Assembly: GCF_001194135.2 (NCBI RefSeq)
Contig: NC_068994.1
Coordinates: 34,657,653-34,721,652, forward strand
Source of the DNA: Octopus bimaculoides
Lineage: Eukaryota
Direction: 5' to 3'
Length of the DNA: 64,000 bases
Both the position numbers and the translations under genes were made by a program. How positions within the stretch are numbered: position 1 is the stretch's first letter; each line of letters starts with the position of its first letter. The notes beneath the pieces were generated by a model. It worked only from the letters and a program-made list of their open reading frames with translations, was not told where the DNA came from and made no database searches. Positions 63,761 to 64,000 of the stretch are shown here, in pieces.

Positions 63761-64000
63761 AAAGCAATTAAGAGTATGAAGACAGGGAAAGCCCCCGGCC
63801 CATCAGGAATCACTGCAGAGATGCTCAAAATATCTGGCAGTGTTGGCTACAGCCTAGTCACCCGTATTACGAACCAGGTGATACACGAAGGAGTCATACC
63901 CAATGACTGGTGTAGCAGCACCATAGTAAACTGCTACAAAGGTAAAGGTGTCGCTTTAGATACTAATAATTACAGAGGCATCAAGCTGTTAGATCAGGTT
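63761..64000 (+). mobile_element. RTE-clade LINE reverse transcriptase, 5'-truncated, running off the window
   Basis: 80 stop-free codons: KAIKSMKTGKAPGPSGITAEMLK...IPNDWCSSTIVNCYKGKGVALDTNNYRGIKLLDQV (KAPGP and NYRGI motifs). Begins in a (TA)n tract. Confidence 0.9.

Overview
AT-rich, microsatellite-dense eukaryotic (metazoan) DNA with about 12 assembly gaps, most flanked by (TA)n/(CA)n/(GA)n. The repeat content resembles octopod cephalopod DNA (inference; no database check). No host protein-coding gene could be recognised, and nearly all ORFs in the supplied track are microsatellite or gap artefacts. The window is a transposon graveyard. It holds several tRNA-derived SINE families in many copies (labels A-F are mine), RTE, CR1, R4/Dong-like and Penelope-like retroelement fragments, and a near full-length decayed Tc1-type element with DD36E spacing (60099-61367). 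It also holds an internally deleted Tc1, and mariner-, hAT- and other TIR-bearing MITEs. The most notable observations are: (i) two type I hammerhead-ribozyme-like motifs (40151-40195 +; 3003-3073 -, with an atypical 8-nt core insertion) plus decayed relatives; (ii) three apparently independent insertions of one young SINE subfamily into the same 17-bp site of an older SINE; (iii) head-to-tail SINE trains inside (TTA)n tracts; (iv) several long palindromes and direct-repeat-bounded modules. Coordinates were counted by hand; ends of decayed repeats are approximate.
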